A stretch of 63,544 nucleotides of DNA, counting the filler, from Nitrospinota bacterium (GTDB lineage Bacteria; JAUXIQ01), in the NCBI GenBank assembly GCA_030620925.1. It is 8 parts of 8 records of this genome, joined end to end, with 100 filler letters (N's around TTAATTAATTAA, not from the genome) between each part and the next. Parts side by side here need not be neighbours in the genome. Positions count along the whole stretch, not along the records: positions 45,368 to 48,354 come from JAUXIQ010000377.1; positions 48,455 to 63,544 come from JAUXIQ010000011.1; 6 more parts are not named here. One strand, written 5' to 3'. The first letter of the stretch is position 1. Every line of letters starts with the position of its first letter. Below, one piece after another: positions 47,230 through 56,839 of this stretch. Below the pieces are notes generated by a model. The model was not told the origin of the DNA, made no database searches, and saw only the letters and a program-made list of their open reading frames with translations. A program made the position numbers and the translations under genes.

Positions 47230-48201
47230 CTAAAGCAGTCCGCATATCTTTTTGAGCTCTTCCAGGTCGGAGACTTCCATGAGCTTCTCCGCCAGACGCC
47301 TCAAAGCGTCTGTTGATTTGAAACTGAGCTCGGCCCTTATGGTATCACCTTCGAGATATGGGGGCAGGCGGAGGGTGATGTCAGGAGGGAGCTTCAGCGC
47401 TTTAGTTAATTCATTGATATTAGACTCGGTGGCGGAGACCTCGGGGAAGCGCATTTTCTTTAGCGCGGCGCGGGCCATCTCCAGCTTCCTGGGCCGGGAC
47501 GCATCGGAATCGCTGATGACCTTAAATTCCTTCCGGGAGAAGATATCGGCTATATCATTACCTTCCCGGGCGGCGGTTTCCTCCGCATTGGCGAGCATCT
47601 CCCGCAGCCTATTCAGGCCCGGCCGCAAGGGACGGAGGAACTCCAAAAGGGTATCCTGTTCCCGATCATTGAAGGAAGCTATGCGGGAAGCGCATGATAG
47701 GGGCATATCCGTCTCGTGGACGTAGTATCTCATATCTTCAGTGAGATTCTGCAGCGAAAGGTAGTCATGCAACAGACTGGGACCTGGATTAAGCCCCAGC
47801 AACGGCATGTAGTCCCGGATGGCCTCATCGTGAGAGGCATGGATAAGGTTGATCAGTTTGTGGAATATATTGCTCTTTTCTACCAGGTTGTAGCCACGAC
47901 TCAAATTGTCGTGCACCGCCAGGCCGAAAGCGTTCAGGGAATCCATCCCTTTAGGATAAATGAGGGCGGGCACTTTTTCCATCCCGTTCTCCAGGCAGGC
48001 TGTCAGCCGCCTGAAGCCGCTTATTATCTGGAGCCTGTCGTCCCGGCGTTTGCGGACTAAGAGCGGATTGAGGAGGCCCACCCGGCTCAACGAGCGGCAC
48101 AGGCCTTCATCAAGGCGAGGATAGGAAATGAGGAAAGTCTCATCATCCCCGGCTATCTCATCAACGGAAATTTCCCTGTATTCCTTCTGCTCAGTCATCA
48201 T
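47230..48201 (-). CDS. ParB/Sulfiredoxin N-terminal domain protein
   Basis: SLSRVGLLNPLLV, QIISGFRRLTA, DNLSRGYNLVEK. Confidence 0.8.
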   Translation of the reverse strand: MMTEQKEYREISVDEIAGDDETFLISYPRLDEGLCRSLSRVGLLNPLLVRKRRDDRLQIISGFRRLTACLENGMEKVPALIYPKGMDSLNAFGLAVHDNLSRGYNLVEKSNIFHKLINLIHASHDEAIRDYMPLLGLNPGPSLLHDYLSLQNLTEDMRYYVHETDMPLSCASRIASFNDREQDTLLEFLRPLRPGLNRLREMLANAEETAAREGNDIADIFSRKEFKVISDSDASRPRKLEMARAALKKMRFPEVSATESNINELTKALKLPPDITLRLPPYLEGDTIRAELSFKSTDALRRLAEKLMEVSDLEELKKICGLL

Positions 48202-48354
48202 GACACCCGATAAGCGACGGTTGATTCATTGTACCCTGCATCACGAAATACCACGGAAAGTTCCTTCCCGTATTTTTCCGCCAAACTTCGGTAGTAATGC
48301 CATTCATCCGTTTTTTCCAGTTTCCGGCACCCTTCCGACAGGATGGTGCAGCGG

Positions 48355-48454
48355 NNNNNNNNNNNNNNNNNNNNNNNNNNNNNNNNNNNNNNNNNNNNTT
48401 AATTAATTAANNNNNNNNNNNNNNNNNNNNNNNNNNNNNNNNNNNNNNNNNNNN
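48355..48454. other. Artificial contig linker
   Basis: N44-TTAATTAATTAA-N44. Confidence 0.99.
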
Positions 48455-48455
48455 A

Positions 48456-48980
48456 ACCCTGGGCCAATCCGACCTCGGCCACGCTGATTTCATCAAGGCC
48501 TCAGAGTTAATCCCCCCCTTTCCTGTTGCCCACATCATTCGGGGGTCTCCCTATATCTTCACAGGCCAATACGACCAGGCCATCGCCGATTTAAGCAAGG
48601 CCATAGAGATAAACCCCGATTATGCTCTGGCATACAACAATCGAGGAACCGCCTATGATAACATGGGCCGATACGACCTCGGCATCGCTGATTTCACCAA
48701 GGCAATAGAGCTAAACCCCAAGTACTTTAAAGCTTACAGCAATCGGGGGTATGCCTATATTGCTACAGGCCGGTTTGACCGGGCTATTGCTGATCTCGAT
48801 AAAGCTCTTGAGATCAACCCGGGGCATGCTCCGGCTTACTATCATCGGGCAATTGCTTACTTCAAAAAAGGTGAATATGACAAATCCTGGAAAGACCTCC
48901 TCAAAGCCCAAAGTTTAGGTATTCCGATTCAGCCGGGATTTATCAAGGCCCTGCGTCAAGCTTCAGGAAGACAAAAATGA
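48456..48980 (+). CDS. Tetratricopeptide repeat protein, 5'-truncated
   Basis: 34-aa repeats AYNNRG.AY...G.YD.AIAD..KAIE.NP; frame open from contig start. Confidence 0.9.
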   Translation, partial: TLGQSDLGHADFIKASELIPPFPVAHIIRGSPYIFTGQYDQAIADLSKAIEINPDYALAYNNRGTAYDNMGRYDLGIADFTKAIELNPKYFKAYSNRGYAYIATGRFDRAIADLDKALEINPGHAPAYYHRAIAYFKKGEYDKSWKDLLKAQSLGIPIQPGFIKALRQASGRQK

Positions 48981-49016
48981 GCCGAAAATTCCACGAAACC
49001 TGAGACACTACTCCAT

Positions 49017-49123
49017 GAGACTATCGAAAAACCTCGAAAAAGTGAATTTGAGGCTTACGAGCCATTGATTTTAGCGATGCAAATTTCGCCAAAACAGAAT
49101 AGTTTGATTTTTTCGACATTCCC
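49017..49123. mobile_element. Putative MITE / IS-end remnant (107 bp)
   Basis: Imperfect terminal inverted repeats GAGACTATCGAAAAA / TTTTTCGACATTCCC (12 of 15); the right end resembles the ends of 10314-10430. Confidence 0.45.
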
Positions 49124-49218
49124 GCTATCTCTCCTGGATTTTCATCATTTTTCCAAAAAGAGCCCGCTTCATTTGAAGTTTCAAGTTTTTAATGGTTAAT
49201 AGGAGCGGCGTTCCTTTA

Positions 49219-49959
49219 CTATTCGCCGGGCATGGGGAACCAGGCCCTGGATTTTATCTCCAGGCCCGCCTCTTCCAATGCCAGCCTGCCCGCCTTCATG
49301 CTGAGGGCGGCCTGGGCCACCTGGCTGCCCACGCCTTTGACCGCCGTCATGCCCAGCCAGTCTTCCTTGACGGCGAACCTCGTCTCCTTGACCAGTATAC
49401 CCACGCCCTCCTTGGTAGAGACGGTGGATGCGCCGAAGGCGACCACGCTGAGCCCGATGGCCAGCAGGGAGATGGTCATCATCTGCAGGGTGGTGTCTTC
49501 TCCGGCGTTCCTGTAGAAAGCCACGGTCAGAGGCGCCGCCGCCTTGCCACGCAGCCGGTAGTCGTGGACGAAGGTGCGGGAGCGGTCTATGAATGTCTTG
49601 ACCTGCCCCGGAACGGTGGCGATGTAGACCGGTGCGGCGAGAATGATCCCGTCGGCCTCCAGCATCTTCTTATGGAGTATTTCCATGTCGTCCTTGATGC
49701 CGCAGTTGTATTCCTTGACGGGCACCGGCATGACGTCGAAGCCTACCTCCTTCTGCAGCCTGTGCACCCTGCTCAGGCAGCCTTCGCAGCCGATGCAGTA
49801 TTCTATGCGGTAGTCCTGCAGGTGGACGAGTTCGGTCTCCACCGGCCCCGTTTCTTCGGCCGCTTTGAGGGACTCCTCGAGCATATACTGGCAGTTGCCG
49901 TCCTTTATGGGGGTGCCCACTATGCCCAGGACTTTGACCTTCAGGTCATCAGCATTCAT
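49219..49959 (-). CDS. Flavodoxin-fold iron-sulfur flavoprotein (NADPH-dependent FMN reductase family)
   Basis: LGIVGTP..GN, CIGCEGC...CGIKDDM, ADGIILAAPVY, KTFIDR; GAGGTG RBS before ATG 49959. Confidence 0.9.
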   Translation of the reverse strand: MNADDLKVKVLGIVGTPIKDGNCQYMLEESLKAAEETGPVETELVHLQDYRIEYCIGCEGCLSRVHRLQKEVGFDVMPVPVKEYNCGIKDDMEILHKKMLEADGIILAAPVYIATVPGQVKTFIDRSRTFVHDYRLRGKAAAPLTVAFYRNAGEDTTLQMMTISLLAIGLSVVAFGASTVSTKEGVGILVKETRFAVKEDWLGMTAVKGVGSQVAQAALSMKAGRLALEEAGLEIKSRAWFPMPGE

Positions 49960-50155
49960 AATTTCACCTCTGTTCTCTGATTGAGTAGTGGTTTTTTTTG
50001 TGTTGTCTATCCCGCCGCAGACGGAATAATCGAAGTTAATCGTATGGGGAGTTCTTATGGCAAATTCACCCTGAGTTGTCAAGGAAATAGGAGGGGGCTA
50101 TGCTGAGCATGACAGACCGAGGCGAGCCGGGATGTTCTTGGGCTGAACGTTTCTT

Positions 50156-50389
50156 TCAGCCGGGATTATCGGTGGGCATGGACAGGACTTCGCTTTTAAC
50201 CGTGAGGGGCACACAAATGTAGGAGGTTACGTTCGTCAACTGCCTGTAATAGGACAAAAATCTCGGGTCAAGGGCGGTATCTTCTATGAGGATATGTTCC
50301 TGGTTCATCACGCAGGAGCCGATAACACTTCCGTGGATGCTGCGGGCGGTAACCTGAAAACATCCGCTTACCCGCAGACCATGCCGATC
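50156..50389 (-). pseudogene. GAF-domain gene remnant
   Basis: Start-less frame reads ...GSVIGSCVMNQEHILIEDTALDPRFLSYYRQLTNVTSYICVPLTVKSEVL.. then early TGA. Confidence 0.55.
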
Positions 50390-50642
50390 TGAGAGAATAG
50401 ACCGATGGCTCTTGTTTGTTATTGACTGACATAGCTCAATCGGACACTTTTTAAGAAACGTCCGCCTTCATCAAGGGCAGGGTGGAAATGGCGGGACGCA
50501 CAGAAATTAGATAACACGAGTTTTTTTACAGCAATTATTTTTAATATTGGTAATTAGACTGGTATGTTTCCAATGTGTGGTTTCCTTCTCCCTCGTTAAT
50601 TTTTAAGATTTAGCCGCTCAGTAATCTTCTTTTTATTTACAA

Positions 50643-51794
50643 CTAATAGGGGCGATACTCCTTTCCGATGGTCTCCCGGGCGATGACTATCTTACACACC
50701 TGGGCCGTTCCGTCGCCTATCTCCATGCCTATAACGTCCCTCAGCCTTTGCTCCACCGGAAACTCATCCGTGTAGCCGTAGTGCCCGTGGAGCAGGAGCA
50801 TCTCGTGGATGATATCGACGGAAATTTTGGGCCCCCACCATTTGCACATGGCCGCTTCGATGGTGTGCGGCAGGTTGTTGTCTTTGAGCCAGAGCGTTCT
50901 GTAGCACTGCCACTTGGCGGCGTCGAGCATGGTCAGCGCTTCGGCGATGGGGAAGGATACGCCTTCGAACTTGGCGATGGGCCTGCCGAAGGCGGACCGC
51001 TCCTTGACGTATTGAATGGTGTCTTCTACGGTCTGCTCGGCACACCCTATGCACATGAGGCCCAGGAGGGCCCGGCTGAAATCGAAGCCTTTCATTACCT
51101 GGTAGAACCCCTGTCCCTCGACGCTGAGTATATGGTCTGCGGGTACACGGACATTGTCGAAAAATAGTGACCCCCGCACCACCGCCCGATGGCCCAGGTC
51201 ATTGAACTTGGTCCTCTCTATCCCCGGCTGGTCCATAGGCACAAAAAAGGCGGTGACACCCCTGGCCCCCGCCGAGGGGTCGGTTCGTGCAAACACTATG
51301 GACGCATCGCAAACGTATCCGGTGGTGATGGAAGTCTTTTCGCCGTTGAGGACGAATTGGTCGCCGTCCTTTTCGGCTTTAAGCTGGAGGTTGGCGGCGT
51401 CGGAGCCGGCGCCCGGTTCGGTTAGCGCAAGGGAGATTACGACTTCTCCCTCAACGAAGCGGGGCAGCCATTCCTCCTGGACCCGCGGCGAGGCGTGTTC
51501 GGAGATCAGCCCACCCATCAGGCCACCCATGACCACGAACTGAGCGCAGCTCATATCTCCCCGGCCGATCTCTTCCGCCGATATGCCGGCGGTTATGCAG
51601 TCCATTCCCATGCCCCCGAATTTCTGCGGAACGTTGGCCCCCAGGATACCCAGCCGGGCCATCTGTTTGTATGCTTCCCGGGGAAACTCCTCGTTTTTAT
51701 CCCATTGGGCGGACTGAGGTTTGAGTTCATTGTCAGTAAAATCTCTTACGGTTTTTCTAAACATCTCCTGTTCGGGCGTGAAAGCGAAATCCAT
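50643..51794 (-). CDS. Acyl-CoA dehydrogenase, cyclohexanecarboxyl-CoA dehydrogenase (AliB)-like
   Basis: MDFAFTPEQ, ALTEPGAGSDA, LNGEKTSI, HGHYGY, QRLRDVIGMEIGDGTAQ (Asp at the usual catalytic Glu position). Confidence 0.85.
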   Translation of the reverse strand: MDFAFTPEQEMFRKTVRDFTDNELKPQSAQWDKNEEFPREAYKQMARLGILGANVPQKFGGMGMDCITAGISAEEIGRGDMSCAQFVVMGGLMGGLISEHASPRVQEEWLPRFVEGEVVISLALTEPGAGSDAANLQLKAEKDGDQFVLNGEKTSITTGYVCDASIVFARTDPSAGARGVTAFFVPMDQPGIERTKFNDLGHRAVVRGSLFFDNVRVPADHILSVEGQGFYQVMKGFDFSRALLGLMCIGCAEQTVEDTIQYVKERSAFGRPIAKFEGVSFPIAEALTMLDAAKWQCYRTLWLKDNNLPHTIEAAMCKWWGPKISVDIIHEMLLLHGHYGYTDEFPVEQRLRDVIGMEIGDGTAQVCKIVIARETIGKEYRPY

Positions 51795-51910
51795 GGTATC
51801 TTTTCCCCCTTCTTCGTATAGTCGATCCAATGTTTTATTCGGCTGCATGAAAGGTCATGGAATTTATAGCGGAATAATCCGCTTTAGACAATGAAAAAAG
51901 ATGGGAGAAT

Positions 51911-51940
51911 AAAAAAAGGGCCTTTTAAAAAGGCGCCTTC
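51911..51940 (-). terminator. Probable terminator downstream of the tRNA pair
   Basis: Minus strand AAGGCGCCTTTT-T-AAAAGGCCCTT followed by a T run. Confidence 0.55.
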
Positions 51941-51955
51941 TTATAACCGGTTATA

Positions 51956-52030
<75 letters not shown>

Positions 52031-52047
52031 GACATATACGGAAAATC

Positions 52048-52122
<75 letters not shown>

Positions 52123-52139
52123 TCTCGGTCATTGATATT

Positions 52140-52169
52140 AATCTATACTATGGTCTCCTTTAGTGTCAA
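52140..52169 (-). promoter_or_regulatory. Sigma-70-type promoter of the tRNA-Gly/Cys operon
   Basis: TTGACA-N18-TAGATT, 17 nt upstream of tRNA-Gly. Confidence 0.6.
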
Positions 52170-52254
52170 CCAAAGAGTTATGGGCATGGACCATCGCTGA
52201 TTACCACCCTCTGTGCGAAGACGTATGCCCGCTATCCTCATGAAATCCAGGGGC

Positions 52255-53328
52255 CTAAATTTCGTCGAAGAAATAGGGTTTCAGGCTCTGAATCCTGGTT
52301 TTGTATTCGTTAGGATTTATGAACCATTCAGCGGCGGAGACGCTGCTGAGAAGGCTGTTTCCGTCCTGAGGGGTGAAGCAGAACCCGACTATCTCGTTGC
52401 CGTTGCGCACGTGCAGAGTGGGCAGGCATACCACGGTCTGGTTGAGAAGCCTGCCGTAGTATCCGTGGTCTCTCCCGAAGGAGAAGATGAGGTTTGCAGA
52501 GGTCTTTTCAGTCACCGCAACGCTTTCGTCCTCACGCAGGCGCTGAATCACCTTCTCCAGGTCCACGGGGTGTTTGACCTTGATGTCGAACCAGATGGCA
52601 TGCATATACTGGGTATTGGCTTTGATGGCCGAAGAGAAGAGGTTGAGGTCGATGTCGATCGTTTTGAAGAGGTGATAGGCGTCTCTGGCGTGGTGGGTGC
52701 CGAACTTTTCGTCGTCATGCTTGCCCACCTGGGGCGAAGGGATAAAACTGCCGTCCTGGCTGATGTCATTGGCTCGCCTGATACACAGGAACCGACCTTC
52801 CACGAAATTGTCCCCGTCTGTTTCCACGCCGCCCACGTTTTTTATCAGCACGGCCAGATTATGAGTGTTACAGCTTACTATATGGATAAACTGGTCTTCA
52901 CCCGGCACGAGAGCCGCATCGTTTATGCCTCGGGCGTACATCTTCCCGAAGCCGAACTCGCTGCCCTGGGCGATGAATCCTTTAGTATTATGCCTGTATG
53001 CCTGATAGAAATTTTTCTTGTTGCTCCGACCCACTCCGGAGGGAGTGCAGTCGATGACAACGGTGGCTCTCTCCAGGGCCTCCAGGGATTCGTAGGTGGG
53101 CTCCATTTCCAGTTTTCTGAATTCGCTCTCCTTGTCGCTATCGACGCATAACTTCGCCCCTCTCCTTATGAGCGACCGGACCTTGGACCTGTCCGAGGTG
53201 AGGGGGGTCCTTTTGTGAAAGGTCACTTCGTCGATGCGTATCTCATCTTTCATATTGACCAGAAGACCTATAAGGGGTTCCCCGATGGTCCCCGTACCTA
53301 TTACGTGAACAACTGTGGAGTCACTCAT
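52255..53328 (-). CDS. Archaeal-type (class II) GAPDH-like dehydrogenase
   Basis: VIGTGTIG, VVIDCTPSG, AQGSE, IVSCNT (catalytic Cys), RRAND, THHARD. Confidence 0.75.
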   Translation of the reverse strand: MSDSTVVHVIGTGTIGEPLIGLLVNMKDEIRIDEVTFHKRTPLTSDRSKVRSLIRRGAKLCVDSDKESEFRKLEMEPTYESLEALERATVVIDCTPSGVGRSNKKNFYQAYRHNTKGFIAQGSEFGFGKMYARGINDAALVPGEDQFIHIVSCNTHNLAVLIKNVGGVETDGDNFVEGRFLCIRRANDISQDGSFIPSPQVGKHDDEKFGTHHARDAYHLFKTIDIDLNLFSSAIKANTQYMHAIWFDIKVKHPVDLEKVIQRLREDESVAVTEKTSANLIFSFGRDHGYYGRLLNQTVVCLPTLHVRNGNEIVGFCFTPQDGNSLLSSVSAAEWFINPNEYKTRIQSLKPYFFDEI

Positions 53329-53718
53329 ACCCAGTCTCCTACAAAGAAGCTGCCTCCCTCAGGAGGTTAACATATTGTTTTTAACACCTTGTTTCCAGAG
53401 ATTTGTTCCCTCTGGTGTTCGATCAATTAAAAGTTATGTGAGAGTCACGGCAGGTTCCGCTTTTTGGGGGAGAATAAACAGCAGGTTGTTGTAATATCCT
53501 GTTTCCATCCGTTTTGCACTTCTCAGTATAATTCTTCATCGGTTTCTTAGCAACAGTTTTATATGAGTTGTTTCCCGGAAATGGGCCCACCGCCGGTCTA
53601 AACCGGACGAAAATGCTTGACATTGCCCCCTCATTGTTTTAAGGTCAGCACCTAAATATACCAAAAATTCATGTTCCGGACAATAGCGTTTCCATGGAGA
53701 AATATTGCGAGTTAATGT

Positions 53719-54699
53719 ATGGACTTTAAAGATACTTTAACGCTGATTAAAGACGACCTGGAAAAAGTCGAAAAAGCTATCGGGAAGTATTTCGAGTCTG
53801 ATGTGGAAATCATACCCACAATAGGCTCTTATCTGTTTTTCGGGGGCGGCAAACGGATAAGACCTGTAATGGTGCTGATGAGTTCACGGCTCTGCGGATA
53901 CGATGGAGAAGACAGGCACATCGCCCATTCCTGCGTGGTGGAATTCCTGCATACCGCCACCCTCCTTCATGATGACGTCATCGACGCCTCGCCCAAGAGG
54001 CGCGGCAATCCCTCAGCCAACTCCAAGTGGGGCAACGAAGTGTGCGTTCTTGTCGGGGATTTCCTTTTCGCCAAGTCGTTCGATATCATGGCCCATGACG
54101 GGGATTCAAGAATGCTCAGGATCCTTTCCGACACTTGCCTCAGGATGGCCGAGGGTGAAGTTCTCCAGCAGGTAAACGTATGCAACCTGAAGCTCACCGA
54201 AGATGAATACGTCAACATCATCGAGAGGAAAACGGCCACCCTGATATCCACCTGCTGCCGTTTGGGAGCGGTACTGGGGGGCGCCTCTGCGGATGAGGAA
54301 AAAGCCCTGGCATCATTTGGCTTAAACGTGGGAATGGCCTTTCAGTTGGTGGATGACTATCTGGATTATACCGCTGATGAAGAAAGGCTCGGCAAACCCA
54401 CCGGCACCGACCTACGGGAGGGAAACATCACCTTTCCCCTTATCCTCCTGTATGAGAACTGCAACTCGGAGCAGCGCAGCAGGATCGGGCATTTTGTTGA
54501 GAATGGGGAAGTCAACCCTCAGGATATAAAAGAGCTTACCGAGCTGATGGCTGAGCAAAACGTTTTTCAAAGGGTCGAAGCCAGGGCAGTGGACTATATC
54601 AAGAGAGCAAAATCAGAACTGGCCGTTTTCGATAGCGGCTCTCCTTACCTAGACGGCCTTCACGCGGTGGCCGATTTCGTGATCGAAAGAGACCTCTAA
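53719..54699 (+). CDS. Long-chain polyprenyl diphosphate synthase (IspB-like)
   Basis: GGKRIRP, LHTATLLHDDVID..RRG, VLVGDFL, KTA, AFQLVDDYLD, GK..G.DLREG. Confidence 0.95.
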   Translation: MDFKDTLTLIKDDLEKVEKAIGKYFESDVEIIPTIGSYLFFGGGKRIRPVMVLMSSRLCGYDGEDRHIAHSCVVEFLHTATLLHDDVIDASPKRRGNPSANSKWGNEVCVLVGDFLFAKSFDIMAHDGDSRMLRILSDTCLRMAEGEVLQQVNVCNLKLTEDEYVNIIERKTATLISTCCRLGAVLGGASADEEKALASFGLNVGMAFQLVDDYLDYTADEERLGKPTGTDLREGNITFPLILLYENCNSEQRSRIGHFVENGEVNPQDIKELTELMAEQNVFQRVEARAVDYIKRAKSELAVFDSGSPYLDGLHAVADFVIERDL

Positions 54700-54874
54700 C
54701 CCGCCTCGCACATAACTCAACAAACCTTACTTCGTTCGGAAGTCCGGCGGATACCTGCCAGCGGGCCTGATTGCTTATAACCGGGCATCACCAGTTTTTT
54801 CGCAGCGTCGTTTCAGTTATGTGGCCGACGGATTATGCGTCTGCCCGTGCCGAACATGAGCAGGGGGACTGGGA

Positions 54875-56158
54875 ATGAAAGTGCTTATCGTAGGAGGTGG
54901 CGGCAGGGAGCATGCGCTGGCCTGGAAGATAGCTCAGAGCCCCATGGTGAGCCGTGTGTTTTGCGCGCCGGGGAATGCGGGCACTGCCTCTGTGGCGGGA
55001 AACATCCCCCTGGAGCCGACCGACCTGGATTCCCTTGCCGCTTTTGCCCGGAAAGAGGGCATAGACCTGACGGTGGTCGGGCCCGAGGCGCCGTTAGTGG
55101 CGGGATTAGCGGATTTTTTCAGCACCCGCGGTCTCAGGGTCTTCGGCCCCACGAAGGCCGCGGCACAGATCGAAGGCAGCAAGGTATTCACCAAGGAACT
55201 TATGCGGAAATACGATATACCCTCCGCCGCCTTCGAGGTTTTCGATGGGCCGCAGGAGGCCAGAAGATACGTGGAGAAGCGGGGCGGGCCTCTGGTGGTA
55301 AAAGCCGACGGCCTGGCGGCGGGGAAGGGGGTTATCGTCTGCGGTACTACGCAGGAAGCGCTGACCGCCGTCGACCTTATAATGGAAGAAAAGGCTTTCG
55401 GCGAAGCCGGAGAGAGAGTGATCGTTGAGGAGATGCTGTGCGGGGAAGAAACCTCTTACATAGTTCTGACGGATGGCGAAAGGATGCTTCCCATGCCCCC
55501 TTCCCAGGACCACAAACCCGTTTTTGATGGAGACACCGGCCCCAATACCGGCGGTATGGGGGCCTATGCCCCGGCTCCGGTGGTGAGTCCCGAGGTGGAA
55601 GAGCGCATAATGGGCGAGGTGATGGAGCCCACGGTGAAGGCCATGGCTGCTGAAGGAAAGCCTTACAGGGGCGTCCTGTACGCCGGCCTCATGATCCAGG
55701 ACGGGCGGCCCCGGGTGCTGGAATTCAACGCCAGGATGGGCGATCCGGAAACGCAGCCCCTGCTCATGCTCATGGAGGGCGATCCCATGCCGGCTCTGCT
55801 GGCCATAGCGGACGGCGAATTGAGCGAAAATATTGAACTACAGTGGAGCCCGGGGGCGTCGGTTTGCGTGGTCATGGCTTCCGGCGGTTATCCCGGCGAA
55901 TATGATAAAGGGCACGAGATACGGGGATTGGAACAGGTCTCGAAAATGGAAGACGTCCAGGTGTTTCACGCGGGCACCAGACTGGATGAAGACAGGGTGG
56001 TAACTTCCGGCGGCAGGGTGCTGGGGGTGACCGCCAGGGGTAAGGACGTCGGTGCGGCCGTTCAGGCAGCCTACCGGGCGGCGAAGGGAATAGACTGGGA
56101 TGGCGTGCATTACAGAAAAGACATCGGAGCCAAAGCGCTGGCCAGGAAGGGCGTGTAG
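54875..56158 (+). CDS. purD: Phosphoribosylamine--glycine ligase
   Basis: GGGGREHALAW, VVGPEAPL, KADGLAAGKGV, QDHK..GDTGPNTGGMGAY, EFNARMGDPETQ. Confidence 0.98.
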   Translation: MKVLIVGGGGREHALAWKIAQSPMVSRVFCAPGNAGTASVAGNIPLEPTDLDSLAAFARKEGIDLTVVGPEAPLVAGLADFFSTRGLRVFGPTKAAAQIEGSKVFTKELMRKYDIPSAAFEVFDGPQEARRYVEKRGGPLVVKADGLAAGKGVIVCGTTQEALTAVDLIMEEKAFGEAGERVIVEEMLCGEETSYIVLTDGERMLPMPPSQDHKPVFDGDTGPNTGGMGAYAPAPVVSPEVEERIMGEVMEPTVKAMAAEGKPYRGVLYAGLMIQDGRPRVLEFNARMGDPETQPLLMLMEGDPMPALLAIADGELSENIELQWSPGASVCVVMASGGYPGEYDKGHEIRGLEQVSKMEDVQVFHAGTRLDEDRVVTSGGRVLGVTARGKDVGAAVQAAYRAAKGIDWDGVHYRKDIGAKALARKGV

Positions 56159-56172
56159 CGGCGGTCGGCCGG

Positions 56173-56799
56173 TTATTGCAGGTGGGCGAGATGGGAGGTG
56201 TCGTTATAGAGCAGGAGCTTCCCCTGACCCTCATGGCATTCGACTATGGTGAGCGATGCGTTTGACTGGACGAGCTTCCTCCTGTAGTCCGATACGCTTA
56301 ACCCCAGCAGACGGCAGAGCAGTATCCTGTTCACCGCCTCATGTGCCGCCAGCGCCACGGCCTGGTCGTCATGGCGCTCGGCTATTAACGCCACCGCCTG
56401 AACCACCCTTTCCCCGACCTCGAAGCCGGTCTCTCCATCAGGCGGGCGGAAAGAGCCGGGGTCTTTCTCGTAGCCCTCATAGCCTCCCGGAAATCGCTCG
56501 TCGATCTCTTTCAGCGTGAGCCCCTCCCACTGCCCGTAGTTCCTTTCTCTGAGTTCGTTAATGATGGCCACATCCAGTTTGTGGAGCCGGGCCGCCTGCC
56601 GGGCGGTCTCCACCGCTCGCTTCAGGGGGCTGCTGTAAACCGCTTTAAGCGGAGCTTCCCTGAGCCTCTCCCCCAGGGCCTCCGCCTGCTTTTTCCCCAG
56701 AGGGCTGAGATCGATATCGCTTATGTCGCGGCATCCGCAGTAACGGCCCTCGTTTAAATTCCACTCCGTAGCCCCGTGCCGCACTATGTATAGGAACAT
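56173..56799 (-). CDS. Histidine phosphatase (PGM/CobC-like)
   Basis: VRHGATEWN, SSPLKRA, ERNYGQWEG, AH, NDTSHL. Confidence 0.93.
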   Translation of the reverse strand: MFLYIVRHGATEWNLNEGRYCGCRDISDIDLSPLGKKQAEALGERLREAPLKAVYSSPLKRAVETARQAARLHKLDVAIINELRERNYGQWEGLTLKEIDERFPGGYEGYEKDPGSFRPPDGETGFEVGERVVQAVALIAERHDDQAVALAAHEAVNRILLCRLLGLSVSDYRRKLVQSNASLTIVECHEGQGKLLLYNDTSHLAHLQ

Positions 56800-56839
56800 C
56801 GTCCTTACCCTTTCTTGTGCATTGAGGAGATTTTTCCGG

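Noticed and set aside
9972-48454. Seven identical N44-TTAATTAATTAA-N44 blocks, and ORFs ending in X..LIN or X..N
   Set aside because: Artificial six-frame-stop contig linkers. They are not biological repeats, ORF ends inside them are artefacts, and synteny across them is meaningless.
48456-48770. First TPR repeats resemble the copy 204 bp downstream, with many A-to-C/T differences, suggesting DGR-type adenine mutagenesis
   Set aside because: Roughly half the differences are at non-A positions, no reverse transcriptase is nearby, and the segment is at a contig edge. TPR duplication plus low-quality base calls explains it.
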